Assembly: GCA_903837285.1 (NCBI GenBank) | Contig: CAILUD010000009.1 | Span: forward strand, 3,284 to 67,283 | DNA length: 64,000 nt | Source: an uncultured Bacteroidota bacterium | Lineage (GTDB): Bacteria; Bacteroidota; Bacteroidia; Bacteroidales; GWA2-32-17 | Direction of reading: 5' to 3' | Part shown: piece by piece, positions 40,786 to 48,770 of the stretch | Numbering within the stretch: the stretch's first letter is position 1 | Layout: every line of letters begins with the position of its first letter | Position numbers and translations under genes: made by a program | Notes under the pieces: model-generated | The model's database searches: none | Seen by the model: the letters and a program-made list of their open reading frames with translations, nothing else | Told to the model about the DNA's origin: nothing

Positions 40786-41871
40786 CTAAATATAGCTCTC
40801 CCCTTTTTGTATTTTAATATCAGTTACAATTTGCCTGATATGTTGCTCATCATCTTTTTTACATATTAAAAGAGTATCATTAGTATCAACAACGATATAG
40901 CCTGACAAACCATTTAAAACAACCAATTTATTATCTGGTGCATTAATTATACAATTATCAGTATTATAAGTAACAGCATTTTCACCTTTAATAACGTTTT
41001 GATGTTCATCTTTAGGAAGATTTTCATATAAAGAACCCCAAGTTCCAAGATCAGACCATCCGAAATCTGCAGATATAACATAAACATTATTAGCTTTTTC
41101 CATCACGCCATAGTCAATAGAAATATTTTTGCATTCAGAATAAATTGACGAAACAGCATAATCTTCTTTATAAGTAGAAAAATGATGGAATGCTTCTTTA
41201 AATAATATATCAACTTCCTGAAGATGATCTTCAAAAGCCTTCATTATCGATTTTAAACTCCATATAAATATTCCGCTATTCCAGAAAAACTCACCACTTT
41301 CGCAAAAAACTTTAGCCATTTGTAAATTTGGTTTTTCGGTAAAGGTTTTAACCTTTAACAAGCCACCCTCTATTTTCTCGTCATTATTTATTTGAATATA
41401 GCCATAACCAGTTTCTGGTCTTAATGGTTTTATTCCTATAGTAAGTAATGCATTGTTTTTATCTGTAAATTCTAATGCTTTAAGTATTGTTCTTTTAAAT
41501 TCTTGGGTATTTAAAATTAAGTGATCAGAAGGAGCTACAACAATATTTGCATTTGGGTTTCTCTTTAAAATTGTATAATTAGCATATGCAATACAAGGAG
41601 CAGTATTTTTTCGCTGAGGCTCAAGTAAAATTTGTTCAGAAGTTAGTTGAGGAAGCTGTTCTAATACTAGATCTTTATAATCCTTATTTGTTACAATATA
41701 AATATTCTCAACGGGACAAATCTCATTAAAACGATCAAAAGTAGCTTGTAAAAATGTTCTACCAGTATTTAAAATATCTAGAAATTGCTTTGGTTTAGAA
41801 GTACGGCTTAATGGCCAGAATCGGCTACCGATTCCCCCAGCCATAATTACACAATAGTTGTTAATATTCAT
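40786..41871 (-). CDS. Mannose-1-phosphate guanylyltransferase-like nucleotidyltransferase
   Basis: VIMAGGIGSRFWPLSR (GGxGxRxxPL) and 361 aa in total. Confidence 0.8.
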   Translation of the reverse strand: MNINNYCVIMAGGIGSRFWPLSRTSKPKQFLDILNTGRTFLQATFDRFNEICPVENIYIVTNKDYKDLVLEQLPQLTSEQILLEPQRKNTAPCIAYANYTILKRNPNANIVVAPSDHLILNTQEFKRTILKALEFTDKNNALLTIGIKPLRPETGYGYIQINNDEKIEGGLLKVKTFTEKPNLQMAKVFCESGEFFWNSGIFIWSLKSIMKAFEDHLQEVDILFKEAFHHFSTYKEDYAVSSIYSECKNISIDYGVMEKANNVYVISADFGWSDLGTWGSLYENLPKDEHQNVIKGENAVTYNTDNCIINAPDNKLVVLNGLSGYIVVDTNDTLLICKKDDEQHIRQIVTDIKIQKGESYI

Positions 41872-41906
41872 ATAGTTGCGTGTATTGTAATGTTTTTTTT
41901 GGTAGG

Positions 41907-41914
41907 CAAAAGTA
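41907..41914 (-). promoter_or_regulatory. -7 box TACTTTTG (minus strand)
   Basis: The plus strand reads CAAAAGTA, 35 nt upstream of ATG 41871. Confidence 0.4.
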
Positions 41915-42022
41915 TAAAAATATAACTATAAAATCGCCCATTGTTAATTAAAAGTGGGGCAAAATAATATTAATTTAAATACTAAAAATAATTTATAATG
42001 CTAATCAAAAACTTAGCTTTAT

Positions 42023-42325
42023 AATATTCTGCTAACTGATGGAGATAACTCCAAAAGGGGCGATAGATTCTATTTAAAACGCTCTTGCACGATAACAATA
42101 ATGAAACATCTACAATGCTTTAATACCCTATTTTAATTATTTGTTTTACAATAATATATCATCTACGATGATATGTCTGTAATTTCTTCTATATGTTGGA
42201 GATAACTCTAATAAGGGCGAAAAACTCCATTACCTCTTATTTCTCACAGAGTCTCCTGAAAGGGACTCTTTGCAAACATGAAATATTATGCTAAGCTGTT
42301 TGATATAAATCCAACAGGGGCGATA
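42023..42325 (+). repeat. Three dispersed direct copies of a ~29-43-nt element in a 474-nt non-coding region
   Basis: Cores at 42037-42065, 42194-42222 and 42297-42325, with 24/29 identity each versus copy 1. Consensus TGnTGGAGATAAcTCcAAnAGGGGCGAtA. Copies 1 and 3 also share the left flank AATATTnTGCTAA. Confidence 0.8.
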
Positions 42326-42345
42326 AAAAAGTAGAGGCGATTTAT

Positions 42346-42975
42346 TTATTCAATAATACTTTCAACTTCTGCCTCTTTATTCACTAAATACATTTTATTA
42401 CTGGATAAGTCTTTACATAAATATCTTGTTCTACGCTTTTCAATAATTTTTACTGTCATTCCGATAGTTAAGTTTAAACAAGAATTAATCGGAAAAGCTT
42501 CTAATCTTGTAGGAATTAGTATGTTTAAACTAAAATTTATTCTGTCAACAATTTTACTTCTTGATCTAGAAGAATAATCATTTTTAACAACATAATAATA
42601 ATGTACTACTTCAGCAATATCTTTAGGAAATAATTCATTTTTAATTGCAGAAACTAAATAACTCGAAAAAGTATTCTTCCACTCAATGCCATGAGGTTTT
42701 ATTCTTCTACCATAGTCATCAAATGCTTTCAGATGCGCAAGTTCGTGTAATAAAGTAATTAAGAATGAATATTTATCCAGATTTCCGTTAACAGTAATTC
42801 TTTGCTTTTTGCCATGAAAAGATTCCATGTAATCGCCATACTTGGTTTGCCTTGACTTTGTGACCTTTAGATGAAATACTAATCCTCTGGTTTCACTTTC
42901 AACAAAAATTGCGGCACTATCACCAATATATTTGGCTAAATTTTTTTGAAAACTTATATCCTCTTCAGCAGCCAT
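42346..42975 (-). CDS. SprT-like zinc-metalloprotease-domain protein
   Basis: LLHELAHL (HExxH) followed by HGIEW. Confidence 0.7.
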   Translation of the reverse strand: MAAEEDISFQKNLAKYIGDSAAIFVESETRGLVFHLKVTKSRQTKYGDYMESFHGKKQRITVNGNLDKYSFLITLLHELAHLKAFDDYGRRIKPHGIEWKNTFSSYLVSAIKNELFPKDIAEVVHYYYVVKNDYSSRSRSKIVDRINFSLNILIPTRLEAFPINSCLNLTIGMTVKIIEKRRTRYLCKDLSSNKMYLVNKEAEVESIIE

Positions 42976-43011
42976 TAATATTTAAGACGTATTTTTTTGT
43001 AATTTAGCCAT

Positions 43012-43019
43012 CAAATATA
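43012..43019 (-). promoter_or_regulatory. -7 box TATATTTG (minus strand)
   Basis: The plus strand reads CAAATATA, 36 nt upstream of ATG 42975. Confidence 0.35.
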
Positions 43020-43026
43020 CTAATTA

Positions 43027-43770
43027 ATGAAATTGTTTTTTCATCTTGGAAGGTACACTAAATTAATGGGAAAGGTTTTTTCGAGACCTGGAAAAGCAAG
43101 TATTTTCTTCAAACAAATTCTTAAAGAAATTGATTCTCTAGGTATAAATTCACTAGGAATTGTAATTATTATTGCATTTTTTATGGGTGTTGTTATTACC
43201 CTGCAAACTGCATATAACATCGAAAATCCTTTTATCCCCCTTTATTTAATCGGCTTAGGAACAAGAGATTCTATGATATTAGAATTTTCTTCAACTATAT
43301 GCGGATTAATTTTAGCTGGAAAAGTAGGTTCAAGTATAGCTTCTGAAATTGGCACAATGAGAGTTACCGAACAAATTGATGCTCTTGAAGTAATGGGAAT
43401 TAATTCTGCTAATCATTTAATATTACCAAAAATCATTGCCGCTGTTTTTATTAATCCATTTCTAACAATAATAAGTATTTTCATTGGAATTTTTGGAGGC
43501 TGGCTTGCCGGTGTTTTATCGGGTGCAGTTTCTAGCGAAAATTATATTTATGGTGTACAATATGCATTTGAACCATTTTATGTTACATACTCTTTAATAA
43601 AAACATTATTTTTCGCTTTCATTATTACATCAGTTTCATCGTACGAAGGCTTTTATTGCACAGGGGGTGCTTTAGAAGTTGGAAAAGCCAGCACTAAAGC
43701 TGTTGTTTATAGTAGTCTTATGATTTTATTATTTAATGTTATTCTAACTCAATTATTATTAACACACTAA
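43027..43770 (+). CDS. mlaE: MlaE-family ABC transporter permease
   Basis: Polytopic, with the signature EIGTMRVTEQIDALEVMGI. Confidence 0.85.
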   Translation: MKLFFHLGRYTKLMGKVFSRPGKASIFFKQILKEIDSLGINSLGIVIIIAFFMGVVITLQTAYNIENPFIPLYLIGLGTRDSMILEFSSTICGLILAGKVGSSIASEIGTMRVTEQIDALEVMGINSANHLILPKIIAAVFINPFLTIISIFIGIFGGWLAGVLSGAVSSENYIYGVQYAFEPFYVTYSLIKTLFFAFIITSVSSYEGFYCTGGALEVGKASTKAVVYSSLMILLFNVILTQLLLTH

Positions 43771-43773
43771 AAA

Positions 43774-44532
43774 ATGATTGAGGTAAAAAATATAAGCAAA
43801 CAATTTGAGGACGGATATAAAGTTCTTGACGATATTAATATTGTTTTTGAAACTGGTAAAACAAATTTAGTAATTGGTCAGAGTGGTTCGGGAAAAACAG
43901 TTCTGCTTAAAACCCTTGTAGGCTTGCACGAAGTTGATGAAGGAAGTATAAATTTTGACGATCGCAACTTTACTACTATGAATTTTACTGAAAGAAAATT
44001 AGTTCGTCAGGAGTTCGGAATGGTATTTCAGGGAGGTGCTTTATTCGATTCTTTATCAGTTATTCAGAATGTTATGTTTCCATTGCAAATGTTTTCTCAT
44101 TTAACTCACGCCGAAAAATTAGAAAGAGCAAATTTCTGCTTAAAAAGAGTAGATTTAATAAATAAAAATCGCCTTTTCCCTTCCGAAATCAGTGGTGGTA
44201 TGAAAAAGAGAGTTGCAATTGCAAGAGCTATTGCTTTAAATCCCAAATACCTTTTTTGCGACGAACCAAACTCAGGACTTGACCCCGTAACTTCAATATT
44301 AATTGATAATCTAATTAAGGAGATTACCGAGGAGTATCAAATTACTACTATAGTAAATACTCACGATATGAACTCAGTAATGGAGATAGGAGATAAAGTA
44401 ATATACATTTACAAAGGTCATAAATGGTGGGAAGGCAATAAAACTCAAATTTTTGATACAGATAACACGGAACTTAACGAGTTTATCTTTGCTTCGGAAT
44501 TAACAAAAATGATTAAACACAAACGTGGTTAA
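43774..44532 (+). CDS. mlaF: MlaF-like ABC transporter ATP-binding protein
   Basis: Walker A GQSGSGKT, signature ISGGMKKR and Walker B LFCDEPNSGLD. Confidence 0.85.
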   Translation: MIEVKNISKQFEDGYKVLDDINIVFETGKTNLVIGQSGSGKTVLLKTLVGLHEVDEGSINFDDRNFTTMNFTERKLVRQEFGMVFQGGALFDSLSVIQNVMFPLQMFSHLTHAEKLERANFCLKRVDLINKNRLFPSEISGGMKKRVAIARAIALNPKYLFCDEPNSGLDPVTSILIDNLIKEITEEYQITTIVNTHDMNSVMEIGDKVIYIYKGHKWWEGNKTQIFDTDNTELNEFIFASELTKMIKHKRG

Positions 44533-44534
44533 TA

Positions 44535-45224
44535 TTAATTAAAATTAGCTAAAATAGATTCAAAAATAATTTTTCCATCAGTATTTGAAAGCTCAGTATC
44601 CGATGCTCTTTCTGGGTGAGGCATCATACCAAAAACATTTTTCTTTGCATTACAAATACCTGCAATATTTTCTATTGAACCATTTGGATTAGCATCACAT
44701 CCAATATTCCCATTTTCGTCGCAATATCTAAAAAGAATTTGCTCATTTAAGCGCATAGTTTTTAATGTCTCACTATCTGCAAAATACCTTCCTTCACCAT
44801 GAGCAATAGGAATTTTTAGGGCAGTATCTTTTTTAATTAATTTAGTTATTGCACTGTTACTATTACTTGCTTTAATATATGTGTTTTTACAAATAAATTT
44901 TTGATTTGTATTAGCCAAAAGTGCTCCTGGTAATAAATGTGTTTCGCAAAGAATTTGAAATCCATTACAAACACCAAATACTAACCCACCTTTTTCTGCA
45001 AAAGCAATTACTTTTTCCATAATTGGCGAAAAACGTGCAATAGCACCCGAACGAAGATAATCTCCAAATGAAAAACCACCAGGAAATATTACAGCATCAA
45101 CATTTTTAAGACTTGTATCTTTATGCCAAAGTTCAGTAACATCTTGCTTCATAATATCTTTTAAAACATAAATCATATCATGATCACAATTAGATCCCGG
45201 AAAAATAACTACTCCAAATTTCAT
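44535..45224 (-). CDS. purQ: Phosphoribosylformylglycinamidine synthase subunit PurQ
   Basis: MKFGVVIFPGSNCD, GVCNGFQIL (catalytic Cys) and MMPHPER. The GTG 45272 extension is rejected because a -7 box lies inside it. Confidence 0.9.
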   Translation of the reverse strand: MKFGVVIFPGSNCDHDMIYVLKDIMKQDVTELWHKDTSLKNVDAVIFPGGFSFGDYLRSGAIARFSPIMEKVIAFAEKGGLVFGVCNGFQILCETHLLPGALLANTNQKFICKNTYIKASNSNSAITKLIKKDTALKIPIAHGEGRYFADSETLKTMRLNEQILFRYCDENGNIGCDANPNGSIENIAGICNAKKNVFGMMPHPERASDTELSNTDGKIIFESILANFN

Positions 45225-45247
45225 GTAATTCGTTTTTTGCTTTGTTT

Positions 45248-45255
45248 CAAAGATA
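45248..45255 (-). promoter_or_regulatory. -7 box TATCTTTG (minus strand)
   Basis: The plus strand reads CAAAGATA, 23 nt upstream of ATG 45224. Confidence 0.4.
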
Positions 45256-45407
45256 GAAAAATTTTTAGCCACTATTTTTATTTGATTTTAAGTTTAAGCC
45301 ATTTTTATAAAAAAATATTTAACTGCCTAAATAGCTGGTTTAGTTGATAAAAACCAAATTACTTAAAAAGATATTAATGTAATTGTATAGAGTTTACTTT
45401 TAAATTG

Positions 45408-45415
45408 TAATTTTG
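45408..45415 (+). promoter_or_regulatory. -7 box TAATTTTG for the cheR-like operon
   Basis: Exact match 19 nt upstream of ATG 45435. Confidence 0.4.
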
Positions 45416-45434
45416 AAGTGTTAAATGTTTTTCA

Positions 45435-46274
45435 ATGGATATACACGACGAAGAAATAAAAGAATTTATAGAAATTTTTGCTTCACTTTCTACTTATAAT
45501 TTTTCTGACTACTCCGAGAAATCTTTTAGGAGGCGAATGGAGAAAATTGTAAATGATAATAATTGTTCGCTCTCTGATATTATTAAAAAAGCTAAAAACA
45601 ATACTACGTTTTTAGAAAAAATTGTTCGCGATATTACTGTTAATACAACAGAACTTTTTAGAGATCCTAAAGTCTGGCTCGAAATTCAAAAAGAAATTAT
45701 TCCCAAATTAAAAGAATTAGATACAATAAACTTATGGCATGCAGGATGTTCTTCTGGTCAAGAACTATATTCTATGCTAATGTTTATGAATGAAAATGGC
45801 TTATTAGAAAAAACCAGAACAATTGGCACAGATATTAATACTGAAATTTTGGAAGAAGCAGCAAAAGGAAATTATAAATACCGTTTTAATGTTGAATATC
45901 TTCCAAATTTTGATCAGGTATTAAACGTTATTCAAGAGAAAGAAAAAATTCCATATTCAAAATATATGGATATTGACCAATCAAAAGATTCAATAAAAAT
46001 AAAGCCTTTCTTATTAAATAAAGCTGAGTTTTTGAAACACGATTTAGTTAAAGATAAAAATGTTTTCGGAAGAAAATTCGATTTTATAATATGTCGTAAT
46101 GTGCTAATATATTTCAACAACAACTTACAGAATAAAATCTTTGATATGTTTTGGGATAATTTAAATGAAGGAGGATTTTTGGTTATTGGTCTTCACGAAA
46201 GCATTATGGGCTCAACATCGGCTAAATTTATAAAAAAAGGACAGTGCTACATTAAAAAATCAGCAAACGGGTAA
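45435..46274 (+). CDS. cheR: CheR-type protein-glutamate O-methyltransferase
   Basis: CheR N-domain followed by TELFRDPKVW, LWHAGCSSGQELYS and FDFIICRNVLIYFN. Confidence 0.85.
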   Translation: MDIHDEEIKEFIEIFASLSTYNFSDYSEKSFRRRMEKIVNDNNCSLSDIIKKAKNNTTFLEKIVRDITVNTTELFRDPKVWLEIQKEIIPKLKELDTINLWHAGCSSGQELYSMLMFMNENGLLEKTRTIGTDINTEILEEAAKGNYKYRFNVEYLPNFDQVLNVIQEKEKIPYSKYMDIDQSKDSIKIKPFLLNKAEFLKHDLVKDKNVFGRKFDFIICRNVLIYFNNNLQNKIFDMFWDNLNEGGFLVIGLHESIMGSTSAKFIKKGQCYIKKSANG

Positions 46275-46282
46275 GCGCAAAT

Positions 46283-47134
46283 ATGTTAAAAAACTTCACT
46301 CACACAACTCCAAGTATTATTGAAGAAAACACAGCGCAAAGAATAAAAGAAATTATATCGAACGAGTTTTCAGTTGATTTAACACATATCGAAAATTTTG
46401 TATTTAGAAGAAGAATCTCTGTTGCTTTATCTTTTCTTAAAATTATACCCGAAAAGTTAATTGAAAATACTCAGAAATTAGACAAAAATAAAGTTGATAT
46501 TTTAATGCATTTTTTATATCCCGGCGAAAATGAATTATTTCGCGACACCGAAACATGGATTTTTTTACGGGATAAAATATTAACTGAATTAATAAATAAT
46601 AACAAGCCAAAAGTATTATTTTATAACACTACTTCAGGCGAGGATATTTATAGTTTTTTAATTTTAATAAATGAATTTTTTCCGAATAACAATATCGAAT
46701 TAACAATTTTAAGCCCATCAGAGTATTCTTTAAAAAATATTGCTGAAGGAAAACTTGCTCAACCCAAAAATCGATCATCTCATTTAAATTTCAAAGTAAT
46801 ATTATCTAATAATGAAATATCTAAATACCTTGATTTAAATAACAACGTATTATCGTTTAAAAAGAATTATTTAAATAACATTATATACACATTACACACA
46901 GACCAACAAGCCATAAACATTTCCGACTTCGATATAGTAATGTGCAGAAATAAATCATTACCATTTGCAACAGATAGCATTAACTTGATTTTTAATGAAA
47001 TTATTTCAATACTAAAACCAAAAGGTTATTTAGTAATTGGGATTAACGAAAATTTACCAAAAGAATTTTTAAATTTATTTAATGTAGTTTCTAAAAACGA
47101 AAAGGTTTTCATAAAAAAGCTAAATGACAAATAA
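46283..47134 (+). CDS. Divergent CheR-like paralog with degenerate SAM-binding motifs
   Basis: ELFRDTETW is retained. The AGCSxGxE position reads YNTTSGEDIYS, and CRNVLIYF reads CRNKSLPF. Confidence 0.65.
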   Translation: MLKNFTHTTPSIIEENTAQRIKEIISNEFSVDLTHIENFVFRRRISVALSFLKIIPEKLIENTQKLDKNKVDILMHFLYPGENELFRDTETWIFLRDKILTELINNNKPKVLFYNTTSGEDIYSFLILINEFFPNNNIELTILSPSEYSLKNIAEGKLAQPKNRSSHLNFKVILSNNEISKYLDLNNNVLSFKKNYLNNIIYTLHTDQQAINISDFDIVMCRNKSLPFATDSINLIFNEIISILKPKGYLVIGINENLPKEFLNLFNVVSKNEKVFIKKLNDK

Positions 47135-47696
47135 AGCAATTGTTATAGGTGGATCGGCAGGAAGTTTTAAAATTGTAATGAAAATTATTTCATTACTTCC
47201 TAAAAAAATTGATATCCCTATTTTTATTTGTTTACATAGATTGCGTTCTGCCAGAAAAGGTTTTGCAGAAACACTGCAGATTAATTCATCAATAAAAATC
47301 ATCGAACCTACTGACAAAGAAATTATTGAATCTAACAATATATATATTGCTCCAGCAAACTATCACATGTACATTTTACAAAATGGAAGAATTGGCTTAT
47401 CAATAGAAGAAGAATTAAATCATTCCAGACCATCTATTGATTTAACCTTTATAACTGCGGCAGAATATTATAAAGAAAATTTACTTGGCATAATCTTATC
47501 AGGCGCAAATGATGATGGTGCCGATGGTTTTAAGAAAATAAAAAGGAATAATGGTAAAACAATAGCTCAAGATCCTCAAGAATGCGAAGTTTCTGTAATG
47601 CCATTATCTTGCATAAAGAATAATAGCACAGATAAAATATTAACTATTAAAGAAATAATTAAAGAGATACAATTTTTTATATCCTTTAACATTTGA
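47124..47696 (+). CDS. cheB: CheB-type methylesterase catalytic domain, no receiver domain
   Basis: AIVIGGSAGS, ICLHRL, RPSIDLTF and ILSGANDDGADG...TIAQDPQECEVSVMP. There is an 11-nt overlap with the upstream ORF. Confidence 0.85.
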   Translation: MTNKAIVIGGSAGSFKIVMKIISLLPKKIDIPIFICLHRLRSARKGFAETLQINSSIKIIEPTDKEIIESNNIYIAPANYHMYILQNGRIGLSIEEELNHSRPSIDLTFITAAEYYKENLLGIILSGANDDGADGFKKIKRNNGKTIAQDPQECEVSVMPLSCIKNNSTDKILTIKEIIKEIQFFISFNI

Positions 47697-47748
47697 TTAC
47701 TATTTTTAAAAACTTTTCCATAACTTTAAGCCAAAATTAAATGAAAAG

Positions 47749-48324
47749 ATGGCAGTTGTAACGTCTAACCAACTTTCTTTTCTCTCTTTGCTAAAGGAAT
47801 TTGAACCTACAGTTCTTATTTCTAACACTATTTTATATTATGAAGGCGAAGTAAACCATGAAGTTACTAAAGCTCTTACTTATACTTCAGAAAAACACTT
47901 AAGTGAAAATGAAGAGAACAGAATGGTTCAAAAGAAATTGTTTAATGTAATGATTGAATGCCTTCAAAATATTGACAAACATGCTCTTGAGTTTGCAATT
48001 TCAGGTAATTACATTACTAAAAAAGGTGCTATTTTAGTTGCTGAGTACAGTGATTCTTATTGCATTTTAGCCGGAAATCCTGTCGACAAAAAACAAATGG
48101 ACGCATTAACTTTGATAATCAATAATTTACAGTTCAGGAAAAAAGAAGACCTTCGTCATTTATATAAAAAACAACTCGAAAATGGTATGCTTTCAGAAAA
48201 AGGTGGAGCGGGTTTAGGTTTTATTGATATGGCTCGCAAAACTGGTAATCCTTTACATTTTTCATTTTTCCCATTAGAAGGCGATTTATCATTTTTTGCA
48301 TTAAAAATTCGAATAACTAAATGA
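47749..48324 (+). CDS. SiaB-like / anti-sigma-factor-type GHKL Ser/Thr kinase
   Basis: N-box-like ECLQNIDKHA and G2-box-like EKGGAGLGFIDMARKTG, in about 190 aa. Confidence 0.6.
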   Translation: MAVVTSNQLSFLSLLKEFEPTVLISNTILYYEGEVNHEVTKALTYTSEKHLSENEENRMVQKKLFNVMIECLQNIDKHALEFAISGNYITKKGAILVAEYSDSYCILAGNPVDKKQMDALTLIINNLQFRKKEDLRHLYKKQLENGMLSEKGGAGLGFIDMARKTGNPLHFSFFPLEGDLSFFALKIRITK

Positions 48325-48330
48325 TTAACT

Positions 48331-48717
48331 ATGGAAGCAATTAATATTAATTTCACAAACGATACCCCTCAAATCATTCTTAATAAAGACAATAATCAAT
48401 TTGAGATTACTGGTAAAAGCTTACCCGAAGATGTTAATTCATTTTATGAGCCAGTATTTAAATGGTTTGAAAATTACTTCCAAAACCCCAATCCAAAAAC
48501 AGTATTGGTTTTCAATCTTGATTACCTTAATACAGCATCATCAAAATCACTTCTTTCGCTTTTTTTAATTTTAGAAAATGCCATTGTAGCTGGCCACCAG
48601 GTTGAAGTTGTATGGCAATATCTTGTTGACGACGAAGATATGTTTGATGTAGGCGAAGAATATTCAGAAATAATAAAAGTACCATTTAGTTTTGTTCCCT
48701 TAGAAGTAGAAGACTAA
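48331..48717 (+). CDS. SiaC-like (DUF1987-type) regulatory phosphoprotein
   Basis: 128 aa, with PQIILNKDNNQFEITGKSLPEDV...FYEP and LDYLNTASSKSLL. It lies 6 nt after the kinase gene. Confidence 0.6.
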   Translation: MEAININFTNDTPQIILNKDNNQFEITGKSLPEDVNSFYEPVFKWFENYFQNPNPKTVLVFNLDYLNTASSKSLLSLFLILENAIVAGHQVEVVWQYLVDDEDMFDVGEEYSEIIKVPFSFVPLEVED

Positions 48718-48770
48718 TTAACTTTTTTTTCGCCTAAAAATTCATTTTATTATTATTTAAAACATAATTT

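Noticed and set aside
42023-42325. Possible mini CRISPR array, given three similar ~29-nt repeats
   Set aside because: The spacing is irregular (157 and 103 nt), the repeats are only about 83% identical, and there are no cas genes or leader in the window.
43027-44532. Incomplete Mla system (no mlaD) as an anomaly
   Set aside because: The substrate-binding component may simply be encoded elsewhere, and this cannot be assessed from a single window.
45435-47696. A conventional chemotaxis adaptation operon
   Set aside because: There is no cheA, cheW, cheY or MCP gene nearby, CheB lacks its receiver domain, and the organism encodes gliding rather than flagellar genes in this window. It is treated as a non-chemotaxis signalling module instead.
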